A model generated the notes under the pieces. It did not search any database. It worked only from the letters and a program-made list of their open reading frames with translations, and was not told the origin of the DNA. A DNA stretch of 24,000 nt. Origin: Velocimicrobium sp. Lineage in GTDB: Bacteria > Bacillota > Clostridia > Lachnospirales > Lachnospiraceae. The stretch lies in contig JBGUEO010000014.1 of assembly GCA_041821315.1 (NCBI GenBank), positions 7,888-31,887 of the forward strand, given 5' to 3'. Below are positions 23,448 through 24,000 of the stretch, in pieces. Numbering within the stretch: position 1 is the stretch's first letter; every line of letters starts with the position of its first letter. A program made the translations under genes and the position numbers.

Positions 23448-24000
23448 CTATGGTGTCTGTAATGCGCCATCACGATTTCTAGTCTGTGTCCATGTTGTCA
23501 CCGTATTTTTACATGGATATTTTTTTGCTTCTTTTTCATCTAACTCAACGCCGAGCCCTGGCTTGTTATTTGCATAAACAAATCCATCATTACCATACTC
23601 TGGAAGTCCCGGGAATACCTCTAATAATACACCTTGCGTATTATTCAACTTCTGAATAACAAAATTGGGAGGTTCAATACCACTCCATTCCTGTAAGCCA
23701 AGATTTTGAGCTGCCAAATCAATATGTATATTAGCCGCATGCGCTAATGGACTCATATCACCTGGTCCATGCCAACAAATTCTGACACCATACTGTTCGC
23801 AAAACATCTGCAATTTGCGAGCTGGTGTAATTCCCCCGATTTGGCTCAAATGAACCCGAATATAATCAATGCTTCTGTTTTCTATTAATTTCTTATACTC
23901 TGCTGGGTTATTGAAAAGTTCACCCTGACTTAACGGTGTTACACTTGTCTGTTTAATTTTATCAAGCCATTCAACCTGCTCTAATGGAACTACATCTTCC
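23448..24000 (-). CDS. Enolase-superfamily dehydratase, ManD/RspA (D-mannonate dehydratase-like) family, 3' part (5' end outside window)
   Basis: The frame is open from the window edge (codons start at 23999): EDVVPLEQVEWLDKIKQTSVTPLSQGELFNNPAEYKKLIENRSIDYIRVHLSQIGGITPARKLQMFCEQYGVRICWHGPGDMSPLAHAANIHIDLAAQNLGLQEW...PGLGVELDEKEAKKYP. This is the characteristic RspA/ManD C-terminal half. The M at 23849 in the ORF track is an internal TTG (Leu). Confidence 0.85.
   Translation of the reverse strand, partial: EDVVPLEQVEWLDKIKQTSVTPLSQGELFNNPAEYKKLIENRSIDYIRVHLSQIGGITPARKLQMFCEQYGVRICWHGPGDMSPLAHAANIHIDLAAQNLGLQEWSGIEPPNFVIQKLNNTQGVLLEVFPGLPEYGNDGFVYANNKPGLGVELDEKEAKKYPCKNTVTTWTQTRNRDGALQTP

Noticed and set aside
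1-24000. Scan for CRISPR arrays, tRNA/rRNA genes, long repeats or intact mobile elements
   Set aside because: I saw no regularly spaced direct repeats, no cloverleaf-like or rRNA-like GC-rich islands and no intact transposase or integrase ORF by eye. Non-coding space is limited to short intergenic regions already discussed. A tRNAscan/Infernal run would be needed to exclude small RNAs formally.

Overview
Low-GC Firmicutes (Clostridia-like) chromosomal segment, almost fully coding and mostly on the minus strand. I see five blocks. (1) 294-5347 is a nupNOPQ/BMP-type nucleoside ABC importer (lipoprotein, double-cassette ATPase, two permeases) with an unusual 398-bp internal gap. (2) 5514-9775 holds four poorly characterised genes: an 852-aa membrane-anchored protein, a Pro/Cys-rich protein, a small secreted or anchored protein, and a zinc-ribbon/DUF2007-like protein. 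(3) 9849-17738 is the most interesting part. It is a stressosome-type RsbR(PAS-STAS)-RsbS-RsbT-RsbX module, tightly packed and translationally coupled to a cytoplasmic hybrid histidine kinase (HisKA-HATPase-REC-REC-HPt) and a REC-HD-GYP regulator. A Cache-type methyl-accepting chemotaxis protein follows 111 bp downstream. No sigma factor, RsbV/RsbW or RsbU is present in the window. (4) 18068-20621 is a divergent pair of regulators, one PlcR/RNPP-like (HTH-TPR) and one a PAS-SARP (winged helix + BTAD) fusion. (5) 20686-24000 starts with a transposase-accessory (IS66 Orf1-like) remnant. It continues into a GntR-controlled sugar-acid locus where two intact enolase-superfamily dehydratases (dgoD and a ManD/RspA-like gene, partial at the window edge) sit beside two gene remnants (a Zn-ADH C-terminus and a PfkB kinase). 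I found no rRNA, tRNA or CRISPR array. All family assignments come from motifs read by eye and need profile searches to confirm.
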